Positions 9,972 to 18,699 of a stretch of DNA of 32,000 bases are shown piece by piece. Origin of the DNA: Sulfolobus acidocaldarius DSM 639 (GTDB lineage: Archaea; Thermoproteota; Thermoprotei_A; Sulfolobales; Sulfolobaceae). The first letter of the stretch is position 1, and the number at the start of each line of letters is the position of its first letter. Under the pieces are notes generated by a model. That model did no database searches and was not told the DNA's origin. It saw only the letters and a program-made list of their open reading frames with translations. The stretch covers positions 270,001-302,000 of the forward strand of contig NC_007181.1 in NCBI RefSeq assembly GCF_000012285.1, written 5' to 3'. The translations under genes and the position numbers were made by a program.

Positions 9972-10641
9972 CTTTTATCACCTTAAGAAAGGATTTTAAC
10001 CCTAAAACCATAGCTGTAGTAGAGAGATGAGGAGGATAGAGACCTCCTCCCTTTCTATCCACAGCTAAAAGGGTTGCATAATCAACATAACGCACGTATG
10101 CATATACCAAAAAAATAGAAGTTGAAAAATAATTATTAGTGTCCAGACCGAAAACTGATAAGATCTCTCTAAGCTCCTTCAGAGCCTCAAAATAATCATC
10201 CTTACTGTTAAGCTTTACATTGTCCATTAGTACATATGTAATTGAACCTGTGTTCTTCTTATCATTCCAGATCCACCTAGTCCATAAAGGATATTGTTCA
10301 GGCTCCAAGAAATGAATTATCTCCCTAGCCATATCCAATATATCCTCAGGTTCTTCACTTACCAGGGAGGAAAACAGCTTTAACCTCTCTGAGTAATCTA
10401 AACTTGTATCTTTCAATTTATTGTAAGCTTCCCTTATTCTACCTATTCCATTCTTTTCCAAAACATAATTAAAGTGTTTCCTAGCATAAAACACACTATC
10501 GAATAATTGTCTAACATCGTGCTCAGAATTTATGTTCAGTGATCTAAGGAACTTGGTCTTCTCCTCCATAGCCATTATTATCGCTTTTAACGATTCTTTC
10601 GGATTTAATTTTGCGGTGTTTGTAACCTCCTTGGCTAACAT
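9958..10641 (-). CDS. sHdr-associated conserved hypothetical protein ('hyp' between hdrA and hdrC2)
   Basis: 227 aa, no cofactor motif visible; position in the canonical C1-B1-A-hyp-C2-B2 order. Confidence 0.75.
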   Translation of the reverse strand: MLAKEVTNTAKLNPKESLKAIIMAMEEKTKFLRSLNINSEHDVRQLFDSVFYARKHFNYVLEKNGIGRIREAYNKLKDTSLDYSERLKLFSSLVSEEPEDILDMAREIIHFLEPEQYPLWTRWIWNDKKNTGSITYVLMDNVKLNSKDDYFEALKELREILSVFGLDTNNYFSTSIFLVYAYVRYVDYATLLAVDRKGGGLYPPHLSTTAMVLGLKSFLKVIKVANS

Positions 10642-10684
10642 ACCATTGTATATATCTCTAACGTAATCTACGCTCAGTAACTTG

Positions 10685-11782
10685 CTAATGATGTATCACC
10701 TGTTGCATCTTACCAAAATTAGACTCCTCCCAAACACCACTGGTAACATATTGATATGCCTTTAAAGCTGCTGCATAGCCCTCAGTTATTGAGTCCGATA
10801 TCCCCTTAGGTCCTGTTATTGCTCCAGCTAAGAATACACCTTTTCTCGTGGACTGTACGGGCAACCTGTCGGGATCAAGAGGTTTCACAAAACCGTGTTC
10901 CTCTAGCTCGAGACCAAGAACTTTAGCTACTTGCTTGGATCCTAAACCTAACTCCATTCCGTTAGCTAATATAACCATATCATATGGTACAACTAATGCC
11001 CTGTTCAAATTCATTGTATCTTCTCCCTTTATTATTACGGTATCATTAGGACCTCTCATGAATTCAGAAATCCTACCTCTTATGAACCCAACCCTGTAAT
11101 CCAATTGTGCCTTCCAATACAGCTTATCCTCCATAAGTCCATATGTCCTTATATCCATGTAATAGATGTGGACAATTGCATCAGGTATTCTCTGCTTTAT
11201 CTCCATTGCCTGTTTAATTGATATTGCACAACAGACTCTCGAGCAGTAAGTATTCCCAACAGTAGCATCTCTGGAACCAACACATAATAATATTGCTACT
11301 CTTTTTGGAGGTGTACCTTTTGTAGTGACCAGTTTGTTCTCGTGGAGCATACCCTCTATATCAGATATCTGGTATATGTTGGGAATCAATCCATACCCAT
11401 ACTCGTACTTCCTCCTAGAGTCAAAATGCTCAAACCCTGAGGCGGCTATTATTGCATTAACCTTCTCGGTCTTTAGGTTTCCCTTCTTATCCTTTATACC
11501 AACCTCGAATCCATCAGAAACGTTTTTCATATTCTCAATTATACTCTCTGTTAGAACTCTTACATTACCATTCTCTTCTACACTTTTCACTAGAGGGTCA
11601 AGAACCTCAGATGCAGGTCTTAATTCAGGAAATAGAAGACTGTATTTCAACTTTTTAGGCGTACCGCCGAGATAGGACTCCCTCTCCACTAATATTAAAT
11701 CAACTCCCATTCTACTTAATTCCTTAGCTGCTGAGAGACCCGCTGGTCCTGCTCCAACAACCAGAACCGATTTATTCACCAT
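10685..11782 (-). CDS. hdrA: sHdr complex HdrA-like FAD/iron-sulfur subunit (short form)
   Basis: 365 aa; SVLVVGAGPAGLSAAKEL and LLCVGSRDATVGNTYCSRVCCAISIKQA motifs typical of HdrA. Confidence 0.92.
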   Translation of the reverse strand: MVNKSVLVVGAGPAGLSAAKELSRMGVDLILVERESYLGGTPKKLKYSLLFPELRPASEVLDPLVKSVEENGNVRVLTESIIENMKNVSDGFEVGIKDKKGNLKTEKVNAIIAASGFEHFDSRRKYEYGYGLIPNIYQISDIEGMLHENKLVTTKGTPPKRVAILLCVGSRDATVGNTYCSRVCCAISIKQAMEIKQRIPDAIVHIYYMDIRTYGLMEDKLYWKAQLDYRVGFIRGRISEFMRGPNDTVIIKGEDTMNLNRALVVPYDMVILANGMELGLGSKQVAKVLGLELEEHGFVKPLDPDRLPVQSTRKGVFLAGAITGPKGISDSITEGYAAALKAYQYVTSGVWEESNFGKMQQVIHH

Positions 11783-11836
11783 CTTTCCACCTTATGATAT
11801 AAAGTTAAATAAAATTTTAAATAAAAACTTTTGTTA

Positions 11837-13153
11837 TTACTTTTGCTGGGACTTATACCATTTAACTCTATCAGGCAGTGTCAGATAGAAGTCAATTTTT
11901 CTATGTTTTGGATATAGGTATTGGGTTTCTTCCTTTCCTTCCCTTAAATCGTGTAAGTACTGCAGGAACTTCTCTTTGTGGTCATCAACTGGTACACCTA
12001 TTTTCCTCAAAAATCCCTCCACGTCCGTTGCATGCCAATGTATCTGGGCAATAGTATAGGGATCAGCTCCCATAGCAAGAGCGACAAACTGCGCATCTGC
12101 TAATACTGGTAAATTATAATTGACTCCATGTGCCTTACCTACCCACTGACTCTTATCTAAAGTTGTCACACATCCTGTATCAGAGGTTACGAAGACATCT
12201 GCATGACCCTCCTCTACAGCAGGTATAACTTTCTTGAATAAAGCAAAGCTTCTGGTAAACTCCCTTTCAGTCAAAATATGTCTGAAACCAAATCCACAGC
12301 AATCCCACCACGTAGAATAATCTACTAATTTGGCACCTAGATTCTTTACTGTGCCTGAAGGAGCTGCAGGTCTTCTTCCCTGGTAAACTTCAGGGTCATA
12401 TATTGTATCCTCTGGTACTAACTTGTAGATATGGCATGGTGTGTGGACAGCAGCCTTGACTCCCTCTAGGTTATATTTCTTTTGCTGTGCAGCTTTCTTG
12501 CTCATAACATACATCCATTCTGAGTAGTGGACTACTTCCTCTGGTACAACTATATCCATGTCTAGTTTTCTCATTATTGGTCTCAGTTTCTCCCTTATTT
12601 CACTGTGTAGTATTATCATGTTCCTCATTTCCTTATAGTGCCCAAACGAGGTACCACAATGTATTAGAGGGAAATAGTCTGTTTCATAAGCCCTCCACAT
12701 ATTTCTAACATAAACACCTGCTAATGCGACAGGATTAGACGCACCAGATGCGTGATAGTTCCAACCTGTACATGAAGTCTGATGAGGTTCGTCTAAATAA
12801 TCAATCTCAAGTTTATTCATGATCCAAAAGACTGAGGTCGGGTAACCAGGGATATGACCACACTGACCACAGCTTTTATGATGCCATAACTTTGTTGTCG
12901 GAATCTTTTTAGGAAGACCATTTAAGGACTGATATTCTACAGGGTTATACATGGGTTTAACGTGATGGACTAGTATCTCACCCTTATCCTCCAGCTTATA
13001 TAACTCCTCCTTAACGTGCTGGAGACCATGAGGTGTACTGTACTTGTAAATTATCCTCTGATAGACATCCTCCCAATCCACCTGGTCAGCCATAGGAAAT
13101 GCTTCCTTTATAGCCTCGTCAAGCTTCTTCTCCTGCTCTTTATTCATACTCAT
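11837..13153 (-). CDS. hdrB1: sHdr complex HdrB-like subunit, long form (HdrB1 by gene order)
   Basis: 438 aa; LWHHKSCGQCGHIPGYP, SCTGWNYHASG, HTPCHIYK, WWDCCGFGFRH CCG-type features; directly upstream of hdrA. Confidence 0.83.
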   Translation of the reverse strand: MSMNKEQEKKLDEAIKEAFPMADQVDWEDVYQRIIYKYSTPHGLQHVKEELYKLEDKGEILVHHVKPMYNPVEYQSLNGLPKKIPTTKLWHHKSCGQCGHIPGYPTSVFWIMNKLEIDYLDEPHQTSCTGWNYHASGASNPVALAGVYVRNMWRAYETDYFPLIHCGTSFGHYKEMRNMIILHSEIREKLRPIMRKLDMDIVVPEEVVHYSEWMYVMSKKAAQQKKYNLEGVKAAVHTPCHIYKLVPEDTIYDPEVYQGRRPAAPSGTVKNLGAKLVDYSTWWDCCGFGFRHILTEREFTRSFALFKKVIPAVEEGHADVFVTSDTGCVTTLDKSQWVGKAHGVNYNLPVLADAQFVALAMGADPYTIAQIHWHATDVEGFLRKIGVPVDDHKEKFLQYLHDLREGKEETQYLYPKHRKIDFYLTLPDRVKWYKSQQK

Positions 13154-13643
13154 ATTTGAGACACCTTTGTTATTTATAAAATATTAATAAAAATATAAAA
13201 ACTTTTCCTAAAGCTATTTTGCCCAGAAACTTGACTCAATTGGAAAGCGCCCGTGTTTTTAGTAGCTATGGTAGTATTTTTGAAGTAAACTGAATAAAAT
13301 ACTTTCAATAAAATAGGTAATAATAATTAAATCATTAAGGTATTTCTCTGTGTAGTAAGTAATCACCGCTTTACCGCAACTTTTTAAGATAAAAAGAAAT
13401 AATCTAATTATTCACTAAACTTGTTAAACTTGCACAAATTGACTGGTAAACGTAAATTAGGTCTTAAATTAAATTAAAAAAGTATTACATTTTCAAAAAC
13501 AACATAAACTGTCTTTTTATTTTTTAAATTTCCTACAAGTAGATTCCAGAACCGTAAATGATATTAAGTTAATACGTACATTATAAAATTATTAAGCACA
13601 CTTTGTACAGCCTTTATAAAAAATTTATTAATCACAATTTACC

Positions 13644-13657
13644 ATATATATATAAAA
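13644..13657 (+). promoter_or_regulatory. Putative TATA box for the + strand tusA-like/sqr-like/dsrE/DUF1641 block
   Basis: A/T tract atatatatataaaa just upstream of ggtgacc and the GTG start at 13670. Weak because the region is AT-rich. Confidence 0.35.
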
Positions 13658-13669
13658 GGTGACCCAAAG

Positions 13670-13903
13670 GTGAGCAGTCTGAGAATATACAAAGAACTAG
13701 ACTTAACCAGTTCCTCATGTGCAGGACCAATTGGTGAACTCTCAGGTGTGATAGATGAGCTTCAAGATGGTGAAGCTGTTAAAGTAATATTGGGAGATGA
13801 GGCGACAAAAAAAGACATAACATTATGGGCGAAGAGAAGGGGAGTTAAGATAGTAAAAGAAGAACAGGAAGGGAGTAAGCACATATTATTCATAACTAAA
13901 TGA
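13670..13903 (+). CDS. TusA/SirA-like sulfurtransferase variant
   Basis: 77 aa, GTG start preceded by ggtga; DLTSSSCAGPIGELSGVIDELQDGEAVKVILGDEATKKDITLWAKRRG matches the TusA pattern but with CAGP instead of CPxP. Confidence 0.8.
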   Translation: MSSLRIYKELDLTSSSCAGPIGELSGVIDELQDGEAVKVILGDEATKKDITLWAKRRGVKIVKEEQEGSKHILFITK

Positions 13904-13915
13904 GGTGATTATGGT

Positions 13916-15073
13916 TTGGCTAAAAGGATAATTGTAGCAGGAGGAAATATAGGAGGCACAATAATAGCAAATAGGCTAGCCCAAAAATTAGACCATGAAC
14001 TTCATAAAGGAGAAGTGGAAATTGTAGTTCTAAACAAGAACGACGATCATATTTACTACCCCGGACAATTGTTATTAGCCTATGGTCTTGAGACTCCACC
14101 AGAATTAATGAAAAAAGAAAGCGAGCTACTGGACCATAGAATTAAGTTTATACACGGTGAGAAAGGGACTATAACAAAATTTGACCCAGCGAACCACTCT
14201 GTAGTAACTGCAGATGGTGTTTCACACAGTTACGACTACTTAGTGATAACAACCGGAGTAGAGTACAGTTGGGATGAGATACCAGGCTATAGGGCTGGAT
14301 CAGTTAACTTTTATGAATATGAAGATGCCCTGAAGATGAGAGAAGCACTAAACAATTTCCAGGGAGGAACAATCGTAGTTAATACAGCAAGATTACCCCA
14401 CAGATGCCCTGTTGCACCCTTAGAGAACACATTAGTCCTTGATGATTACTTAAGAAAGAGGGGAATAAGGGACAAGACTAAAATTATTTACACATACCCA
14501 GTTCAGGGAGTGTTTGGAAGACCAATAACTAACAAATTCATGCTAAAGTTATTTGAAGAGAGAGGTATTGAAGTGCATTCACCATTCACTGTAACAAATG
14601 TAAACCCAACTGAGAAGATAATTGAGTCTCAAGAAGGAGGTAAGCTGAAGTACGATCTGCTAATTGCAATTCCACCAAATATGGGAGCAAAAGTCGTAGG
14701 AGATTCAGGATTGGGTGACAGGAGGAGATGGCTACCAACTGATAAGTTCACCCTGAGAATGAAAGACCATTCTAATGTATATGTAATGGGAGATGCTACC
14801 GATTTACCCGTATCTAAGGCAGGCTCCACTGCAGACTTTGAATCTTATGTCGTATCCCATAACATAGCGAACGACATTAAAGGTAATTTAGGTATGAAGC
14901 ACTACGGAGGAGATGTACTCTGTTATATAGCAACTGGAACTGATCAAGCAACCTACATTAGGTTTAGTTATACCATGAACGAGAGTCCTCCACCCCCATC
15001 CTACATCCACTGGTGGGGGAAGATAATGTACAATAAATTATACTGGACTGTAACAGCCAAGGCAGTGGTATAA
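13916..15073 (+). CDS. Sulfide:quinone oxidoreductase-like FAD-dependent oxidoreductase
   Basis: 385 aa; [74 protein letters not shown]; exactly two Cys residues (HRCPV, VLCYI). Confidence 0.85.
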   Translation: MAKRIIVAGGNIGGTIIANRLAQKLDHELHKGEVEIVVLNKNDDHIYYPGQLLLAYGLETPPELMKKESELLDHRIKFIHGEKGTITKFDPANHSVVTADGVSHSYDYLVITTGVEYSWDEIPGYRAGSVNFYEYEDALKMREALNNFQGGTIVVNTARLPHRCPVAPLENTLVLDDYLRKRGIRDKTKIIYTYPVQGVFGRPITNKFMLKLFEERGIEVHSPFTVTNVNPTEKIIESQEGGKLKYDLLIAIPPNMGAKVVGDSGLGDRRRWLPTDKFTLRMKDHSNVYVMGDATDLPVSKAGSTADFESYVVSHNIANDIKGNLGMKHYGGDVLCYIATGTDQATYIRFSYTMNESPPPPSYIHWWGKIMYNKLYWTVTAKAVV

Positions 15074-15074
15074 A

Positions 15075-15455
15075 ATGAAACTAGGGATAATAGTGGGTAC
15101 TAATGAGAGATCAAGGTTAACATATGCAGCAATGAACTCTGTAATATCCTCATCTATGGGAGACGAAGTATTCGTATTCTTGACAATGGATTCAGTAAGG
15201 GCTTTCACAAAAAACCCTGAAGTTAAAGACTCAGATGTTTCATCAAAAACAATGGTTGAAAAGAAAGATGAGGACTTTACAGGGCTCTTCAAAAAGGCAA
15301 AGAAGAGCGGAAAGGTGAAGATTTATGCTTGCTCTTACGCCAGCAAGCTGTTTAACTATAGTAAAGCAGATTACAATGACCTTGTAGACGAAATAGCGGG
15401 AATAACTACGTTCATGATGGATGTAGAAGGGGGACAAGTTATCTCAGTGTGGTGA
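15075..15455 (+). CDS. DsrE-family sulfur carrier/transfer protein
   Basis: 126 aa; VKIYACSYASKLFNY (single conserved Cys) and SVISSSMGDEVFVFLTMDSV; starts 2 nt after the SQR-like stop codon. Confidence 0.78.
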   Translation: MKLGIIVGTNERSRLTYAAMNSVISSSMGDEVFVFLTMDSVRAFTKNPEVKDSDVSSKTMVEKKDEDFTGLFKKAKKSGKVKIYACSYASKLFNYSKADYNDLVDEIAGITTFMMDVEGGQVISVW

Positions 15456-16381
15456 AGGTAATGCAAGACCTAAATCTAGATAAGATTTTTTCTAAATTAG
15501 ACCAAAAGAGAATTGATGCACTATCTGAATTGGTAGAACTGACACCAACACTAACTGAATTACTTAAGAAACTTGATGAGTTGAAAGAATCAGGAACATT
15601 GGACGCATTAATAAATTATGCGTATATAGGGAAAACAATGAAGGATATGCTAAACGATGATGCTCTTCAAAACCTCAGCAACACGGTCTCCAGTCTATTA
15701 GAGCTTACTAAGGTTCTGTCAAGACCTGATACATTCCATAATACTATGAGGTTAATGAACAATATAGACGCATTGGCTGATGTTACAAGTAAATTGAGGA
15801 CCATGAAAGAGGATGGAACACTAGATGTACTTATGAACACTGCCTACACCATTAGAACATTCAGAGACATGCTCAATGATGAAGCTCTAGCCAACATTTC
15901 AAGGTATACGTCCAACCTGTTAGAGATTTTGAGGGAAATGGATGATAACTCAGTAAGATCGTTGAAGAGCATATTAAGAAGGGCTAAGACCATAGACGGC
16001 TTAATGGTCAGATTAGAAGAACTTGAAAACTCAGGAGCATTAGATGTGTTATTAAACCTAGCCTATGCAGGGAAAACAATGAAGGATATGCTAAACGATG
16101 ATGCGTTAGCTGAGATAGGGAAATATCTCTCACAGTTCCTAGAGGCTTATCCAAGAGTTATGGGATTACTAAATAGTGTGACAGATGGAAACGGTCTCGT
16201 CTCGAGAATGATGAATGCAATGAAATCAGAGGACGTTAGAAAGGCTTTAGAATCTCCTCCCAAAGTGTCTATTAGTGGTTTGATTAAGCAGTTATCAGAC
16301 CCTGAGGTACAAGTAGGTCTTGGAGTATTATTCTCGGTAATTAAAGCGATAGGAAAAGAATTCTCAAGTCATAACAAGTAA
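15449..16381 (+). CDS. DUF1641-like protein with three internal repeats
   Basis: 310 aa; repeated '(E)xSGxLDxLxNxAYxxxTxxDMLNDxALxxI' units and C-terminal 'QLSDPEVQVGLGVLFSVIKAIGKE'; overlaps the dsrE stop. Confidence 0.75.
   Translation: MVKVMQDLNLDKIFSKLDQKRIDALSELVELTPTLTELLKKLDELKESGTLDALINYAYIGKTMKDMLNDDALQNLSNTVSSLLELTKVLSRPDTFHNTMRLMNNIDALADVTSKLRTMKEDGTLDVLMNTAYTIRTFRDMLNDEALANISRYTSNLLEILREMDDNSVRSLKSILRRAKTIDGLMVRLEELENSGALDVLLNLAYAGKTMKDMLNDDALAEIGKYLSQFLEAYPRVMGLLNSVTDGNGLVSRMMNAMKSEDVRKALESPPKVSISGLIKQLSDPEVQVGLGVLFSVIKAIGKEFSSHNK
15557..16147 (+). repeat. Three in-frame imperfect repeats of ~50 aa cores spaced ~74 aa within the DUF1641-like gene
   Basis: Units at about 15557-15706, 15779-15928 and 15998-16147. 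Units 1 and 3 share the identical 36-mer agggaaaacaatgaaggatatgctaaacgatgatgc (15628-15663 and 16069-16104). Confidence 0.85.
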
Positions 16382-16553
16382 TTTTTATTTTATTATTTTT
16401 TAGTATCATTTTATCAGATATTAGATAAATGCCATGTAAATTTCTACTTCTTATCTCCTTATTCAGCTCTTTTAAACACAGTGAGGATTTGGAGAGATAA
16501 TCTCAGCACATGTGTAAAAATAATATAATGGGGTTCTAGTATATACAAAAAAT

Positions 16554-17405
16554 TTACAAATCTAGCCAGCTATCAGGTAGTTCGTCTTCGTTGAGCTCTC
16601 CTTTTTCCCATTTCTCCTTTAGTTCCTCTAACTGTTGCTTTCTCTCCTCGTATATATCCATAATCATGTCGTAAAGGTCCTTATCCACGTTCTTAAGAGA
16701 ATCAAGAACTCCAGATTCAATAAAGATTGTCATTAACTCTACCGCAGTCTGTAATGATGTATGCCAACCTACATCAGACCTTTGTAGTAAATCCACTGGT
16801 ATTGCCTTTCTATAGATATCCATGTTCTCAGACTCCTCTAGGGCTCTTGGCCCCCAGTCAGGGAAAGCCTCAGGTTGAATCATATTAGGTGTTACTTGAT
16901 TCCCTGTGGTTATTACTGTAAGCAAAACTCTTCTGTAAGGAGCAAGCACTTCCTTAGCTGATGGTAAAGCAAATTTTACTGCATATTCTCTCAGCAACAT
17001 TATCAAACCCGCAATTTCATTATTAAATGGGCATCTCATTGAGCACGTATAACACTGTACACAAGCCCAGACTTTCTTATTGGTGAATTCCCAAATCTTA
17101 TCGACAGAATCCCTCATCATATACTGAATCATTTCCCTTGGTCCAAAATCGTAAAACTTGGCTGCAGGACAGCCTGAGGTACATACTCCACAGTTTAAGC
17201 AACCCCTCAAATATTCATTAAATCTGAAATCGCTTTTCACAGCTTCCCAAAATCTAATTGCTGCTTCTCTCTCATCAGGTTTCAAATTGCTCATTAGATT
17301 CCTCTCTTCCTCAGCTACTGCTCCTTGTACCTCATATGACATATCCAAGTATCTAGGGTCGTCGGGTAAAGGCGGAGTTATAGTTTTAGCTGCCATCAAA
17401 TTCAC
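16554..17405 (-). CDS. hdrC1: sHdr complex HdrC-like iron-sulfur subunit (HdrC1, separated from the rest)
   Basis: 283 aa; CLNCGVCTSGCPAAKFYDFGPREMIQYM and CVQCYTCSMRCPFNNEI. Start may be the internal Met giving MAAKTITPP. Confidence 0.87.
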   Translation of the reverse strand: MNLMAAKTITPPLPDDPRYLDMSYEVQGAVAEEERNLMSNLKPDEREAAIRFWEAVKSDFRFNEYLRGCLNCGVCTSGCPAAKFYDFGPREMIQYMMRDSVDKIWEFTNKKVWACVQCYTCSMRCPFNNEIAGLIMLLREYAVKFALPSAKEVLAPYRRVLLTVITTGNQVTPNMIQPEAFPDWGPRALEESENMDIYRKAIPVDLLQRSDVGWHTSLQTAVELMTIFIESGVLDSLKNVDKDLYDMIMDIYEERKQQLEELKEKWEKGELNEDELPDSWLDL

Positions 17406-17470
17406 ACAAATAAATAATATAAGAAGGGTACTTATAAATTTTTATTATAATAAAAAAAATTGAACTTTAC

Positions 17471-17713
17471 TTATTTCATTCTCTTGATAAGTATTCTAGT
17501 TGCATCTCCTTGTTGCTGGATATCTAGGATTTGATGACCTGTCCTCCTTGCCCAAGCCTCAATATCAGGTTTTGCAGCTGGGTCTGTTGCTAATACTTCT
17601 AATACTTCACCGACTTGTATCTGCTTTATAGCCTTAGCTGTCTCTAGAACGGGTCCAGGGCAATACATTCCCCTTGCATCAAGGGTTTTTGATATTTTTG
17701 CTTCTTGAGTCAC
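17471..17713 (-). CDS. tusA: TusA sulfurtransferase
   Basis: 80 aa; LDARGMYCPGPVLETAKAIKQIQVGEVLEVLATDPAAKPDIEAWARRTGH with CPxP motif. Confidence 0.93.
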   Translation of the reverse strand: MTQEAKISKTLDARGMYCPGPVLETAKAIKQIQVGEVLEVLATDPAAKPDIEAWARRTGHQILDIQQQGDATRILIKRMK

Positions 17714-17724
17714 TTTCTCTCACC

Positions 17725-18156
17725 TTAGATAAATAATGTAATTCCACCCTCAGCCCTATCTAAAAAAGTTGCCGCACCTACCACATCATCAACAAATTCC
17801 GCTAAATCCTCCCTCTTTACGCCAAAGAACTCCATTGTAGTTGAGCATGCGTACACTTTAACTTCGCCAACTTCTTTAGCTTGCTGAACTAATTGATGCC
17901 ACATGGGATACTTCATCTCTTGCATTCTCTGCATCATTATAGGTCCCATTTGCTCATAGTTCTTGTCTATCTGTGGGGGTTGTTGGCTGTGAATACTCCT
18001 CTTGGTAATTGACTGTAAACCCCAGAAGGTGAAGAACAGGTTAACCTCATAACCACCTGCAGCTGCTGCAGAAGATAAGATTCCTACTGGCATGAGCTTG
18101 TCTATTGTTCCTGAGAACACTATTATAGATAGTTTTTTCTTCTTTTCTTCTCCCAT
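17725..18156 (-). CDS. DsrE-family protein, DsrE2-like (soluble)
   Basis: 143 aa; LSIIVFSGTIDKLMPVGILSSAAAAGGYEVNLFFTFWGL and VKVYACSTTMEFFGV; directly upstream of tusA. Confidence 0.83.
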   Translation of the reverse strand: MGEEKKKKLSIIVFSGTIDKLMPVGILSSAAAAGGYEVNLFFTFWGLQSITKRSIHSQQPPQIDKNYEQMGPIMMQRMQEMKYPMWHQLVQQAKEVGEVKVYACSTTMEFFGVKREDLAEFVDDVVGAATFLDRAEGGITLFI

Positions 18157-18242
18157 TTTTTCACCAAATATTATTTTTGTTTTTGTTGTATATAACTTTT
18201 GAACTTAATTGCAAGCTCTACAAATTATGAATAAAGTAACAA

Positions 18243-18255
18243 AAACTTAAATAAG
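18243..18255 (+). promoter_or_regulatory. Putative BRE/TATA element for the dsrE3A-lpd operon
   Basis: aaacttaaataag about 37-49 nt upstream of the ATG at 18292; an SD-like gaggt follows before the ATG. Confidence 0.4.
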
Positions 18256-18291
18256 TACAAAAATATATAATTCAATAAGAGGTAGTCAAGT

Positions 18292-18693
18292 ATGGAACAG
18301 GCTCAATCTGAGTCTCAGGCTGAGGAACAGAAAAAGAAAATCCTGATAGTTGTTACTCACGGACCAGACGATATTGACAGAACATATGCACCCTTATTTA
18401 TGGCTTCAATATCCGCCTCAATGGAGTACGAAACTTCAGTGTTCTTTATGATAAAAGGACCAAAACTATTGGATAAGAAGTGGCAAGAAGAGGAGAGAAG
18501 AAAGGGAGGTAATCCATTCATTAGGTTCTTCGACATGGCAAAAGAAAATGGTGTTAAAATGTACGTATGCGTGCAAAGTCTAAAAGATATGTGCCATATG
18601 AATGAGAGTGACATAGTAGATGGAGTTGAAATAGTAGGAGGATCAACACTAATAGATTTAACAATGGATGCTGACAGATCTCTATTCTTCTGA
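18292..18693 (+). CDS. DsrE-family protein, DsrE3A-like thiosulfonate/persulfide transferase
   Basis: 133 aa; [40 protein letters not shown] and [15 protein letters not shown]. Confidence 0.82.
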   Translation: MEQAQSESQAEEQKKKILIVVTHGPDDIDRTYAPLFMASISASMEYETSVFFMIKGPKLLDKKWQEEERRKGGNPFIRFFDMAKENGVKMYVCVQSLKDMCHMNESDIVDGVEIVGGSTLIDLTMDADRSLFF

Positions 18694-18699
18694 TCAATC

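Noticed and set aside
9325-11675. + ORFs over hdrC2 and hdrA (9325-9570, 10848-11099, 11325-11675)
   Set aside because: Shadows of sHdr genes; compositionally typical of reverse-strand reading.
13154-13669. ~500-bp AT-rich gap considered as an insertion scar, ncRNA or missing gene
   Set aside because: I could not find a convincing ORF, tRNA-like fold, or flanking direct repeats by eye. It may hold regulatory sites only; RNA-seq would decide.
14629-15437. Minus ORFs over the SQR-like and DsrE genes (14629-14829, 15038-15292, 15243-15437)
   Set aside because: Antisense shadows; + strand frames have family motifs.
15628-16104. 36-nt perfect direct repeat considered as a mobile-element or CRISPR signature
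   Set aside because: Both copies lie in frame inside repeated protein units; no spacers, terminal inverted repeats or transposase. It is an intragenic duplication.
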